NCBI RefSeq assembly: GCF_026210795.1
Contig: NC_089430.1
Span: 3,596,001 to 3,660,000, forward strand
Source of the DNA: Rhizophagus irregularis
Lineage: Eukaryota
DNA length: 64,000 nt
Reading direction: 5' to 3'
In this document: positions 14,399 to 27,095 of the stretch, piece after piece
Position numbering within the stretch: position 1 is the stretch's first letter
Layout of the letters: each line of letters begins with the position of its first letter
The notes under the pieces: generated by a model
What the model was told of the DNA's origin: nothing
Database searches by the model: none
What the model saw: only the letters and a program-made list of their open reading frames with translations
Position numbers and translations under genes: made by a program

Positions 14399-15754
14399 AT
14401 GAAGTTAGGTTTAATACACGGTTTAATACCAAATATTCAAAAAAAATCAACAATTGATTTTAGTTCTAATCGCTCATATATTTTTGATATAGCGTTAAAT
14501 AATTCATTTTGTGTGGTATCGGGTTCAAACCATGAATTAAACTCATATAATTACAATAATAATTCTCTTATATTTAATGGAAAATTATCTTATCATAATG
14601 ATACTATAACAAATTTGAAAATACACAAGGACCATTTTTTAATGTCAAGTTCAAAGGATGGCCGTATTGCTATTTGGGATCTGAGAACATCGAATCGAGA
14701 CCCTTCACAAATTTTAATGGGTAGGACATTATTTTTAGTTTCCCCGTTTTTTTAAAAACAATTAACATTTACCTCAAATTAGCGAAGAATCGAAAACCTT
14801 TACTTTCATTTGATATCAACATATCTGATACCCTTTTAGCGGCAGGTACCGAACTCGTTGCAAAAGATGCTAGCATTTTATTTTGGTACATACATATATC
14901 AATTTATCTTTTTTAAAAAAATTAAAAATATCCTGTATTAAGCGAGTTTTATCCATTTATTTCCGCAGGGACTTGAGAAATCCGTCATCAGTATACGCTG
15001 AATTTATTGAATCACATAATGATGATATTACGCAAGCTAAATTTCACCCAATAAGTCCAACTCAGCTAATTACAGGTTCAGTTGATGGGTTGATATGTAA
15101 TTTTAATTTAAATAGCTTTAAAGAAGATAAAGATCTGGTTGGCGTAATAAATTCTGGATCATCAATCAATCGAGCCGGATATTTTGGAAATGCCGAATAT
15201 GTTTATTGTCTGACACATAATGAAACATTTAGTTTGTGGGGTGCCCCCGAAGTATGTTCTATGTTTCATGAATATAATAACGAAATATTCTTTATAGTCT
15301 CGGCATTTTCGTTAAATTTGAGATAATTTCCAGGCAGATCTATTATGTGATTTTGGAGATATACGGCAAAATTCCGATCAAAGTCTTGTTCGGATCGATT
15401 ATGCTATCGATTGTCAATTCGATTTATCCACCGGTAGATTATATCTCTTTACCGGATCTAACACGTAAGTTCACGTCTGAATTCTTTCATAAACCTTTAT
15501 TGACTCTTGATTATTCGACTTGTAGCGGAGATATCAGTATGATACACGTAAATGCTAATGAGCTACAATTATGCCAAACTTTTAATGGAGCTCACTCAGA
15601 AATAGTTCGAAGCATCTGTTGGAATCCACAGGTTAGTGAATTTCTTAATAATTAAATTATTGTTTCTTTATTTTTAAAATACTATTTTTCGTTACAGACA
15701 AATATTTTTCTGACGGGCGGCGAGGATTCGAAGCTGTGTTTATGGGGACCATAA
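14399..15754 (+). CDS. WD40-repeat protein, WDR89-like
   Basis: WD repeats HNDTIT...SSSKDGRIAIWDLR, LAAGTEL, ESHNDDITQAKFHP..LITGSVDGL and GAHSEIVRS...TGGEDSKLCLW. Stop at 15752-15754. Confidence 0.85.
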
Positions 15755-15837
15755 GTAAGTATTAATATAACTCTATTAAATATGTAAATATTGGTAAATT
15801 TCAAATATTTGATCAACCGGAATGGGTTATATTAAAT

Positions 15838-17710
15838 TTATGTAAGTCCTTGATACATTGAAGACCTTTTCAGAAAAGAATTAATCGTGTGATTTGTGTA
15901 AAAAAGAGTGAATGGAAATAATGGCGCAAGAAATGTATGGCACAAAGCTTCAGTCGGAGAAAGTCTCTTGGAAGAGTCATAATTGAAAATTTCATCAACA
16001 AATTTAATGAAATCCATATTATTAGTATTTAAGGCTTTCGATAGCCTTCTAATTCGCATCGATCGTATTCTATATTGGAAAAAAAAATAAGATTCACATT
16101 TTACCCTCTGATATTTAATCCATGTGACTTACGTTTCTTTGTTCGCTCCTACTGGCCAATCTTTTAATCCATCATCATTTCGGTTTAAATACCAAGCAAA
16201 ATTTTTTGCGTTTTTATATAGCGAACTTGGAAGAGGACCTAATAGTCTTTCCATTTCTTTTATCATTCCGCTTTTTGTATCACTCTGAAAAATAGGATAA
16301 CCAATCCAAATTTCGCATAAAATACACCCTAAAAATAATTTGCATTCAAAGTTTTAGGATTTACAAACAAAATAATGACGAATTACCATACATAACATAC
16401 CGAAAGACCACATATCGATCTCATAACCAAAGGGAAGGCCCAATAAAACCTGAGATAAGAAATGTTCAGAATAAATAAATAAAATTATAAATTTTTAGTC
16501 TTAAAAACGTTTCTTACCTCTGGTGCTCTGTATAAAAGACTCTGAATTTCAAAACTTTCCGCATAATATTTTACATCATCCAGACCAATTGCATTACCGA
16601 AGTCAATCACTCTTAGCTCATAGGAATTCTCTATAACCATGATTTAAATAAAAATATGTCAAATTTTTTTTGAATTATCGAAAAATTTTCCTTATTAATA
16701 TAAAAATTACCCGTAACAAAGAGTATATTTTCTAATTTTAGATCAGTATGTATTACAGCCATATGCTTAATATAAATTAAAGCAGTTAAAAGCTGACAAG
16801 CCACTTTTCTAACAATTTGCAACCGGAATTGTTCATTAATCATATATGGAACTTTTAGTACACCACCTCGATAATATTCAAAAACTAGACAAAAATGTTT
16901 GTCATAGAGGAACGTGTTCAAGAGTTTGCTAATGTGAATGTTTTCATAAATATCGTGTAAATTTAAGTAGCGTAACTTTTTACATTCCTAAAAAAGACAA
17001 TAATAATCGTTTAAATTATTGTGATATCGAATTAATTATCTAAAATAAATTTGAATAGGAATATTAAACCTCGAATCCAACGTGGTTATACTGTGAATCC
17101 ATAATCTTAACTGCCACTAAACTCCCGTTACGATATAGGTCCTCAGCACATACAGTTTTTGAAAATGCGCCTTCACCAACTATTTTAATAACCCGATATC
17201 GACGCGCTAATATTAATTGATTTGCGATTTCTGGATTAAAAGCAATTAGATGTAATATCTAATGAGAAATAGAAAAAATTTATATTTACAATCTTATTTA
17301 CCTGGAATATCATCAAATGTCTCAGAATAATGACGCGACGTACCAGCGTGGCCAGTGTCTTTATTGTTCCAATTATTGGAAGATTTCGGATTTTCGCAGC
17401 TTTGTTGCCAAACGGCAGTTTTTACTTCCTGTAATAAAACGGAATGTGTAGTTTTCCAAGCAAAGGGTGTTTGCTCCTTCAATTCAATCAACTTTCGTTT
17501 TGAAAGTAATTCCTTGTGCAAAAACGAGAGTCCTGCAGTGACTCTTTGTACTATATTAAAATGGGCAATTGTTGGCTTGCAATTATTCGTAAAAAGATTT
17601 CGCACTTCTTCGTTCTTTTTTGTAAAGTCTCGAAAGTCCTTAAATATAGATGCATTATGAAACATTATTTTATCTGAAAGCGAAACCGACGCGTTAATTC
17701 TGATTACCAA
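15838..17710 (-). CDS. CMGC-group (DYRK-like) Ser/Thr protein kinase; 5' end uncertain
   Basis: Spliced kinase motifs RYRVIKIVGEGAFSKT, VAVK, HTDLKLENIL, IDFG, IQSLLYRAPE, IDMWSFGC and KRLSPTEALCHTF. Confidence 0.85.
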
Positions 17711-19330
17711 ATATGTAACTAATGCTAATTTACTACCCTTGAATATGATTCAATATTATCGTCTCTTTTACAATAGCTTTCTGATCACATGTTTCAGTTA
17801 AACTACCCAACTGTGAACTGGGGATCTCATTTAACGTATACCCGGGAGGACCCTGGATAATTATTTTTTGTGATGCGATAATAATTATAAATTAAAGTAT
17901 TATCAATGAAACTACCCCTCCTAACAGGAAGAAGCAGACCAGTCACTGCAGAAGTCAATACACGAATGGTGATTCATGAAAGACTTAAATAATTTGACCA
18001 ATGTCCACTCTGACCACTCCATTGGAAACGTTAAACTATTTCATAATTCCCGTCTAGAATTTCCCCTTTACTTGAAGATAATAGATAATTTAGATGGAAT
18101 AATTCATTCTTTATTAAAAGTATAATATCACACATAGAATGCTGGCTAAAGTTAGGATAATCATAAATTGGTATATTAATATCATGAAATTTATAATAAA
18201 ATCGGTATAATTAATTACAGGTGGATTTGGTTTAAGAAAGTTTGTTATAAGATTTATTTAAATTATATTAAGTTATAACTATACATATTTTTCTTTCTAA
18301 AAGTTATATGTAAATATTATTAGCTAATACAAAAAGAATTTCTTTACTATTTCTATTATGTCTTACTTCAGAAGCAAAAAAATACTTATATATCCATCAT
18401 CATAATATTTATTAAAACATTTATTAAATATTCATAAATAGCACTTATTGAATACAAAATGTGTTGAAAAAATGCCTATAAGTGTTAAATTAAAGTATTT
18501 AAAAAATGCTTAAAAAATTAAATACTTAATAAATAATAAAATATTGCAATATTTAAGTATTAATTTTTTATTACTTAATAAATGCAAATTTTTAATACTT
18601 ATTAAATACTGCCATTTAGTAAATATAAGACTCTATTTGGTTAAACTTTAAGCTTTACCTGTAAGTTGCAGTCAGATGCATAAAATTTTTCACAAGCACA
18701 ATCAAATATAATATAATTTTTTTTTAAAAAAAAAAATTATCCTCAAAGAAAGAACAATAACCTTTATTAAAAAACACTATAAGTCATCTTTACAAAATAA
18801 ATTCATATTATACCCCTGTTGTGTAATGTGAGATATACTTTATAAGCAATAAACCAGGTTAAATAGGAATTAGTAATTAGTAATATAAAAGCAAATACTA
18901 TCAGAAAATCTAATAAAACTAATTAATCAGAAAAAATAAAACTTTTGAAAGAAATAAATTTCTATTTGTAAAAAATAAATAAAACTATTTATAAAAAACA
19001 AATAAAATCTAAACAAAATCTAAACAAGAAAAGAAATTAATTTCTCAATAAATAAACTGTCAACTTCTTAATATCACATCCTATTCATTAATTTCATATA
19101 TGCTTTATTGATATTAAATACAAACAAATTATCATGAGCTATATCCACCCAGCAAGATGCAATCATCAAAATACAGATAATAAAAGAAAAATAATAGTTG
19201 ATACTATACCAATTAATTTGAACTACAAGATTTTGAGTTTTTTTTTTTCCCTTTTTCTTTCAAAATTAATGAATTTAAGTTCGGGATAAAATTAGTTATG
19301 TTGTTATTAGATCTATTATAACATTGTTAA

Positions 19331-20202
19331 TAAAGCTCCGAACGGGTCGGTTTGGTTCGGTTTTTTTGCGGTTCGGGTAGAACCGAAAACCGAAATGGAA
19401 CCGAACCGGAACCGTCCGGTTCGGTTCGGTTCTATCCGAAATTAAGAAAAATGCGAAAAAATGAATACACGACCATCCAGTGGTCGTACAAGGACGAGCC
19501 ATAGCTCGTTGGAATCCTCTCATCGAGACGCGTCGAATGGTGGTAAAATCAAGTCTCTAGCATCGATAGATCACGAGATAGCACATGGTGAGTGTTTCTT
19601 AAAAAATTTGCATTAAAAAACGATCCATTGATGCTAGAGACATGAATTTACCACCATTCGACGCATCTCGACGAGACGAATCTAATGAGCTATAATTCGT
19701 CTTTTTACAATCACTGGATGGTCATGTATTCATTTTTTCGCATTTTTTTTTAAATTTTCGAACGTCAAAAATTAAAATTCCGATACAAGTGATTAAACGC
19801 CATCTATTGATTACACAAAGACGAATTTTAGCTCATTGGATTCGTCTCACTGAGACGAGTCGAATGGTGGTAAAATGATGTCACTAGCATCGATAGATCG
19901 TTTTCTAATGCGAATTGTTTAAGAAACACTCACCATGGGCTATCTCACGATCTATCGATGATAGAGACTTGATTTTACCACCATTCGACGCTTCTCGATG
20001 AGAGGATTCCAACGAGCTATGTCTCGTCCTTGTACGATCACTGGATAGTCGTATATTCGTTTTTTTGCATTTTTTCTTAATTTCAGATAGAACCGAACCG
20101 AACCGGACGGTTCCAAGTCCAAAACCGAACCGAGAACTGAACCGAATTTTTTGCCGGTTCCGGATCGGTTTCCGGTTCAAACTGGAACCGTTCGGAGCTT
20201 TA
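19331..20202. mobile_element. hAT-type MITE (872 bp) with long internal inverted repeats
   Basis: Perfect 15-bp TIR TAAAGCTCCGAACGG/CCGTTCGGAGCTTTA. 8-bp TSD ATTGTTAA at 19323-19330 and 20203-20210. Subterminal AACCG repeats. Confidence 0.9.
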
Positions 20203-20751
20203 ATTGTTAATAATATTTTTTGTTTTCTTATAAACCAAACTATACCACCAGTTATTATTAATTAGTAAACACATCTGATCTTGAGCTTTTTTTCCCACTC
20301 TATAATACTTTGATAAAATGTAATTTTCATTTAATGAATTTTCAGACTGTACTAAATCCAACTCAATTGAAATATCATCAAGTACTACAATTTGATCTTT
20401 CTGTAAATCTGAATAATTGTTCTTTTTTAAAGTTTGTTTATCCTGTTTTAAGTGTTTAACCTGTTGGTGAGAGGATTTGAAATAATGATCCATATTTTCA
20501 GATTCATTTAATTTTTCTTTTTTTCCAATATTTCTAATCTTTTCCCATGCAATAGTAGCATTACATCTTGATATCCAAATTAGTTCTTTAAAGTAAATAA
20601 TAAAGGAGTCCAGAAGTAAAGCCAAGAATAAAATGTTTTTTGTTTCTAAGAATCCAAATGTTTGTTTTGAAATTTTGGAAATATTGGTGTTAATTTTAAC
20701 TTCCAAGACCAATGAGCTAAAATCAATAAATTTTTTGTTGTCATATTGTAA

Positions 20752-20929
20752 GGGAGCTTACAGATATTACGTAATTATTAAAGGGGAAGGGGAATAACTA
20801 AAATCTTACGTTACATTTAATAAAATATATAATTTATAAATATTATAATTTAATTGGTTATTAAATCTGACAAGAAGGTGAGGAGTAAGTTTATATTAAA
20901 CTGAATATTACGTAATATATGTAACTCCC
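20752..20929. mobile_element. PIF/Harbinger-like MITE
   Basis: TIR GGGAGCTTACAGATATTACGTAAT/ATTACGTAATATATGTAACTCCC, flanked by TAA on both sides. Confidence 0.7.
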
Positions 20930-21428
20930 TAATCCTAGTATCTGGTTTAATTTCTTACTTATAGCTTTAGGTGTGTTTTCTGGTATATTACTTTATTTTT
21001 AAATTATAGGAATTACATCATCTTACATTTTACTAGGATCCTGCTTACTTATAAGATAGGTCACCCCCAGGTATACATGGCCTGGTAATTCTATAATTTT
21101 GTATAAATACGTAATTCGTAATCCTGGTAATTAATTACCAGATTTTTCAAAAAATACGTAAATACGTAATTATTTACGTATAACGTAATTAACATAAATA
21201 TTATTGGTTAATTTATAAATAATAATTATATATAAATAATTAATAGAAAATCATGCGAAATTATGTTGATTAACATTTAAATTAATAAAGTATTCTAACT
21301 ATAAATAGTAATCTATTTACTAAATAAAAATACTATAAAAAGTAATCATTCGTTCTTTTTTTTAATATTGAACAAAGAATTTATATTTTTTCACGTTATA
21401 GTATACTTCTTTTAAATCTTCTTAAAAT

Positions 21429-24248
21429 ATGGGTGACAGACGTGATAGTAATGATAATCAAGATGCAATTATTGATCAAAATAAAAAAAAACGTGGTCAT
21501 CCAAAAACTGATATTTGGGATTATTTTAAGGAAGGACCAAGAAATAGAGGTCACTGTACGGCAGAGTGTAATTTTTGTGGCTGGAAACAACAAGTAGGGC
21601 AGCCTATCGAAATGCAAGGACATATTGCTTTAAATTGTTTAAAGGTATCACCTGAAATAAAAGCAATTTTTTTGGAAAAAGTAAAGAATAATAGACAACT
21701 TGCATATAAAAATAAAATTATTAAAGTTGATCACAAATCACAATCAGCCAAAGATAGATGAAAAATTTGATTCAACCAAAATTGATCAAGTTAAAGTTGA
21801 AATGGCAAATCGGGCTATTGTAAAATTTTTTGTTTGCTGCGGCATCCCTTTTCATATAATCGAAAACCCTTTTTTTATTGATCTCCTTCGCATATTATGT
21901 CCTGGGTATAATCTACCATGCAGACAAACTCTTTCAGAAGATATGCTTAATGCAGAAATCTCTCATGTAATTACCGAAATAAATTTTAAATTAAGCCACG
22001 AAAAAAATCTTACATTAGGTAATAATAATTATTTTATAGATTTTACATAATTAAATATTATAATTTAATAATAATTTATTAACAGTTAATTTTAATTTCT
22101 TAATATTTAAAGGAGTAGACGGTTGGACTAGTGCTAGTGGACAATCACTTTACGCATTTATTATTATTACTAGTGAAAGAAAAGAATACGTTCATTCAGT
22201 TTAAAATTTATCAAATTATTCATACACGGGAGATTTTTTAGCAAACAAAATAATTGAAGTAATCGAAAATGTTGGTACTACAAAATTTGCAGGAGTAGTA
22301 TCAAATAATGCATCTACAATGGTCAAGGCAAAAAAACTAGTTAATGATCGATATGGATTTATAATGCCAATTCGATGCATTGCACATCATATAAATCTAT
22401 TAACTAACGATATTTGTAAATTAGAGTTTGCTCAATCAATATTGAAAAAATGTATGAAATTAGTTCATTTTTTCAAAGCATCACATCGGGCAGGTGCAGA
22501 ATTGATAAATGAAATAAAAGAAAATATGGTCAAAGGTGGGAAATTGAAAGGATATTGCCAAACAAGATGGATGACTGCATTTGATTGTGTTTCTTCAGTT
22601 TTAAGATGTGAAGAAGCTCTAAAAAATGTTGGTATTTATTAATTATATTTATTTATTTATTTATTTAATTTATTATAATTAATTTATTTTTAATTTTAGA
22701 TAGCAAATAATAATTCAGATTATTTAAAGAGGACCCCGGATATCTAATATAAAGGTCATAATGGATTTTCTTTTACAAAAACACCCCTTTTTGCTGAAAC
22801 TCAAAAAATCGTTTTTTGTAAATATCTCAGCATCCAGTAATTCAATTTTAATGAACTTTTTTTTATTTTGTAGCCCTCATTTAGCTCTACAATTTAAAAA
22901 AAAGTTCATCAAAATTGGACTACTGGATGCCGAGATATTTACAAAAAACGATTTTTTGAGCCCCTGAAAAATGGGCCAATCTGCCGAAAGTGTGACTTAT
23001 GACCTGTTTTGGAGATATCCGGGGTCCTATTTAAAGCAAAATATTAAAGAAATTATAACAAGACGTTTTTTTATGGATGCTGAAGAATTACAATTAATTC
23101 TTAAGCCAATAAAAGAAGCTATCAAATATCTAGAAATGAAAAATGCAACATTAGCAGATTGTTTCTTACAATTAATAAAATTATCTTATTCAATCAAAAA
23201 TTTATCAGAAACTCATACTACTTTCTGACAACAATGTATTAAAGCATTTAATAAAAGGTGGACACAGTTCGATTTTAGGTTATATATGTTAGCCTATTTA
23301 CTTCACCCATTATACCATGGTATGTATTTGATTAAAATAACTTGACTTTTTATTTTATTTTAATCAATTAATTATTAATTATAAATAGGTAAAGGATTCC
23401 GAAATCAAGTATGCCGAAAAGTAGTTTATTGGGCAATCGAAAATATATGGATAAAAATGGACGGTAGAGAAAATTCCAGTTCCAAATTAATCGGACAAAT
23501 TGCTGCTTTTCGTAACAATCTTCCTCCTTATAATGACGAATTTATTCCTAAATATTATACAGTTGAACATTGGTGGAATTACGTAGAACAAGATGAAGGA
23601 GAAGAAAATTTTATCCAACAACTTGCATTAAAAGTATTTTCAATAACTCCACATAATGCAGGATGCGAGAGAATATTTTCAGTAATGGGCTGGTATATAA
23701 ACAAAAGGAGAACTCGGTAACTATTATTATTTTATTATATTATTGCCATAGTTATTAATTTTTTTTGAATTTTTAAGTAATTCCTTTCAATTAGATTGAG
23801 CGTAAATCATTTACAAAACCTTACGAAACTCCACACATACTATGTTTCAAATGCGAAAACTGAATTAAAGTATACTGCTAAAGATATGAATGCTAAAAAT
23901 GATGAAGAGTTTTATCAATTGGTACGAAATGGTATATATCAAAATATTAATGATGAAATTGAAGAGAAAGAATTTGATGGTGAAGATGAAGATTATGATG
24001 ATACAGAAGACGAACTTGTTGATATAGATGAGTACGAAAAATTTGGCTATAAAAATAATGATAATGTTTTACAAAATGAAAATTATTTTAATTTTGTATC
24101 AAGGGAGTTAGTGGAATTATTAAAACTTCAGGAGCCGCAAGTAATTATTGAACCTGTAAATAGTGATCATATTATTGATCACGGTAACAAAAATTTCGAT
24201 ATAGAAGAATTATTAGACCAACAATTTAATGATGATGATAATGTTTAG
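21429..24248 (+). pseudogene. hAT transposase pseudogene (BED finger, RNase H-like DDE core, hATC dimerisation domain)
   Basis: IWDYF..CNFC..H...C BED finger, VDGWTS, RCIAH, TRW and PHNAGCERIFS. Disrupted by a frameshift near 21700, stops at about 22202 and 23226, and a MITE insertion. Confidence 0.9.
22730..23028. mobile_element. MITE (299 bp) inserted in the hAT1 transposase
   Basis: Perfect 16-bp TIR AGGACCCCGGATATCT/AGATATCCGGGGTCCT. TSD ATTTAAAG at 22722-22729 and 23029-23036. Removing it restores NSDYLKQNIKE. Confidence 0.92.
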
Positions 24249-24499
24249 ATAGTTTATACTCTATCGTTGTATATTTTGATTTGTTTTATTTCTTTGTATA
24301 TTTTTTTTCAAAATTTTGAATAAAAGCTTTAACAATTTTGCGTTTAACATTATTTTATTTAATTTATTTTTAACGATCTTATATAATTTTCAATGACTTT
24401 ATTTAATTAACAGTTTTTATTTAAGGCTTAACGATACTTTAATAATATTTAAAGATCTAATTCAATAATGTTAACAATCCATTTTAATTACATGAACTA

Positions 24500-25235
24500 A
24501 AAATTTAGATTGCTGAATATACGCCAATATGAACTACTATGACAGAAGTTCTATTTTCTACAAAAAAAAATAAAAAAAAAGAAACGTTAGTACATTTATT
24601 CAAAGTAAATTCAAAAGAACTCGCCCCTATATACTTACATGTGTCCTAAAATATCTCCAGTAAGCAAAATCTACGAAAAAATAAAAAAATAAACGTTCTT
24701 ACATTTTCTTCAAAGTAAATTTCAAAAGAACCCACCCTCATACACTTACACGTGTCTTAGAAAGCAAAATCTTCAAAAAAAATTAAAAAAAAGAAACGTT
24801 AATACGTTTCTTCTAAGTAAATTTGAAAGAACTCGCCCTCATACACTTATATGTGTCCTAAAATATCTCTAGTAAGCAAAATCTACGAAAAAATAAAAAA
24901 AATAAACGTTCTTACGTTTTCTTCAAAGTGAATTTCAAAAGAATTCACTCTCATATACTTACACGTGTCTTAGAAAGCAAAATCTACAAAAAAAATTAAA
25001 AAAAAGAAACATTAGTACGTTTCTTCAAAATAAAATTCAAAGAACCCACTACGCTTACCCACATTCTAGAAGGTTCCTGGAAACTGAAACTTACAATAAA
25101 ATGAAAAAATGTTAATATATTTTAAAGAAATTTTAAAAATTCAGAAGCAAGCATGTCTTCCACCTACCATTTTTCGAAATTCATACCGCCCTTAAAGAAA
25201 AAAAGAAGAAAGGAACATAAGAGACGTTCCTATAA
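24500..25235 (-). repeat. Tandem intron/micro-exon array inside hAT1, antisense to the transposase
   Basis: Minus-strand units read GTAAGT...branch-point-like motif...(T)nGTAG. Exons alternate between about 32 and 21 nt. Confidence 0.65.
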
Positions 25236-25839
25236 GTTTGAATTAAAAAAATTTTTTTTCGAAAATAATGAATCTGATCGGCCAGATACATTTAGATTAT
25301 TTACATTATTTACGCATATTGTAAATAATTACATCAAACGTAATTATTTATGAGTGCATTTGATTAATTACGAAGTCATAAATAATTACGTATAATGTAA
25401 ATAATTACGTTAATCATAATTAATTACGAAATATGAAATTATTTACGTATTTTGAATTACGAATTACGTTTTTGGCTGATGATTTACCAGGCCATGTATA
25501 CCCCCAGGCCTAAAATAAAAATCATATATAAAATTCTTTGCAGATTCTACTATAAAAGGAAATTTTATGTGTAAAAACTATTAGTAAAGTGCCAATTTTT
25601 TACAGTGACCTTTATTATAAGTAAGCGGGATCCTATTTTACTTTTAATTATAGGCATAGATTCTTATTAATATCACATTCAATAAAATGATATCTGTTTT
25701 CTTCTTTGTTAGCATTGCACCTGGGATAAACAAAATCTTTGTATATATTTGGTTTTCGCTGTAATAGGATAGTACCTATTTTTTTATTTTATTATTATGT
25801 TTACATTCATTAATTTACTCTATTCTATCTATCTAACTA

Positions 25840-27095
25840 CTTGTTGTTAATGGTTTGGAATATTATTCCAGTTGGTTCAATTCCAACAAACAACTTTTTC
25901 TAAAGTTTTTATGCAAATTCTTTCAAAACTATTGTTTGAGAAGTATTATACTAACACCAAACGATTTTGACTTAGTAAAATTGTGAGGTGAAACATTATT
26001 TCGTTCTCTATAGAAAAAAAAGAAGAATGTTTAGTAAACGTTCTTAACAAAAAATATTAAAAAAAAATAAGTTCTGGTACCTTGTGATAATTTCATCTTG
26101 AGAGAATTACTTACAAGAAAAAGAAAAAAGTAACGTTAAAAATGTTATATTTCTTTAATATAATTATACTTCTCTGCTAATTAATTATGTCATATTTCAG
26201 CGAATAGACCAATTCACTATTTATTATAAAATTACTATGAATTAATTACGTTTGTCAAAATACATTACATTTGTTAAAATAAATTTAATTAGTATTTTGT
26301 CATTTTGACGAAAAGTATAAATATAATTAGACACTATACTCTTCCCCATATACTTTACCGGATTCTTCTAAATTTTTAGGAATCCAGTAATCTAAAAAAA
26401 ATGAAAAAAGAAATGTCAATATGTTTCTTTAATACAATTAAATGCCATACACTCCTCCCATATACTTTACTGGATTATTCTAAGTCTAATAATCTGAGAA
26501 AATGAAAAAGAAACGTTAGTATGTTTCTTTAACATAATTGAACGTCATACATCACCCATATACTATACCAGATTCTTCCAAATTTCTAGGAGTCTGGTAA
26601 TCTTAAAAAAATGAAAAAAAAGAAACGTTAATACATTTCTTTAACAATGCTCCATATATCTAAGTCTGATTTATTAAAAAAATATTAAGTATTGCAAAAA
26701 TACTTACTGAATTTAAATACCAAGCTCAATATATCTTACAAAAAAAGAAAAAGAAATATTAGAACATTTCTAATAAAAAAAATTAAGTTTCGTAATTACG
26801 AAACTTACTATATTATGAAACCTACTATTTCGTCCTACAGATTCTACAAAGAAAAAATAAAAAGAACATTAGAAATGTTTTTTGAAAAATAAAAAAAATA
26901 TTGAAAATTTTGAAACTTACTCTCTCTTAGCATCCCAGTCCAGTTATCAAAAGCTGAAGGAAGTCTACAAAAATAAATAAAGAAACATTGGTAACGTTTC
27001 TTTAAAAAAAAATAAAAATAAAAGAATCAAAATTTCAAAATGAAACTTCAAAACCTAACTGAAATCTAATATTCCAGAGAGTATCTACAAAAAAA
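25840..27095 (-). repeat. Intron/micro-exon array, 3' part; continues at 37406-38750 across the CMC-like insertion
   Basis: Repeated plus-strand CTAC/CT..(A)nGAAACGTTAGT..TTTCTT..CATAC/CTTAC units are the reverse complement of GT..CTAAC..(T)nAG introns. Confidence 0.6.

Larger units (their letters stand above)
21072..25500 (+). mobile_element. hAT DNA transposon 1 (full length, decayed)
   Basis: Perfect 17-bp TIR TATACATGGCCTGGTAA/TTACCAGGCCATGTATA. 8-bp TSD CCCCCAGG at 21064-21071 and 25501-25508. Subterminal TTACG repeats. Encodes a transposase. Confidence 0.92.
21035..25634. mobile_element. Small AGGATCC-terminated TIR element (about 160 bp of its own sequence) split by the hAT insertion
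   Basis: TIR AGGATCCTGCTTACTTATAA/TTATAAGTAAGCGGGATCCT. 8-bp TSD ATTTTACT at 21027-21034 and 25635-25642. Confidence 0.85.
19235..25740 (-). pseudogene. 5'-truncated LINE 3' end (zinc knuckle and C-terminal tail), fragmented by nested insertions
   Basis: After removing the insertions, the minus strand reads ..PRCNANKEENRYHFIEC.. (about 25740-25645) and then ..FKELIWISRCNATIAWEK.. (ORF 20200-20712), resembling a LINE ORF2 C-terminus. A-rich tail at about 19238-19260. Confidence 0.55.

Noticed and set aside
19296..20265. TEPNR-containing ORFs
   Set aside because: They are translations of MITE subterminal AACCG repeats.
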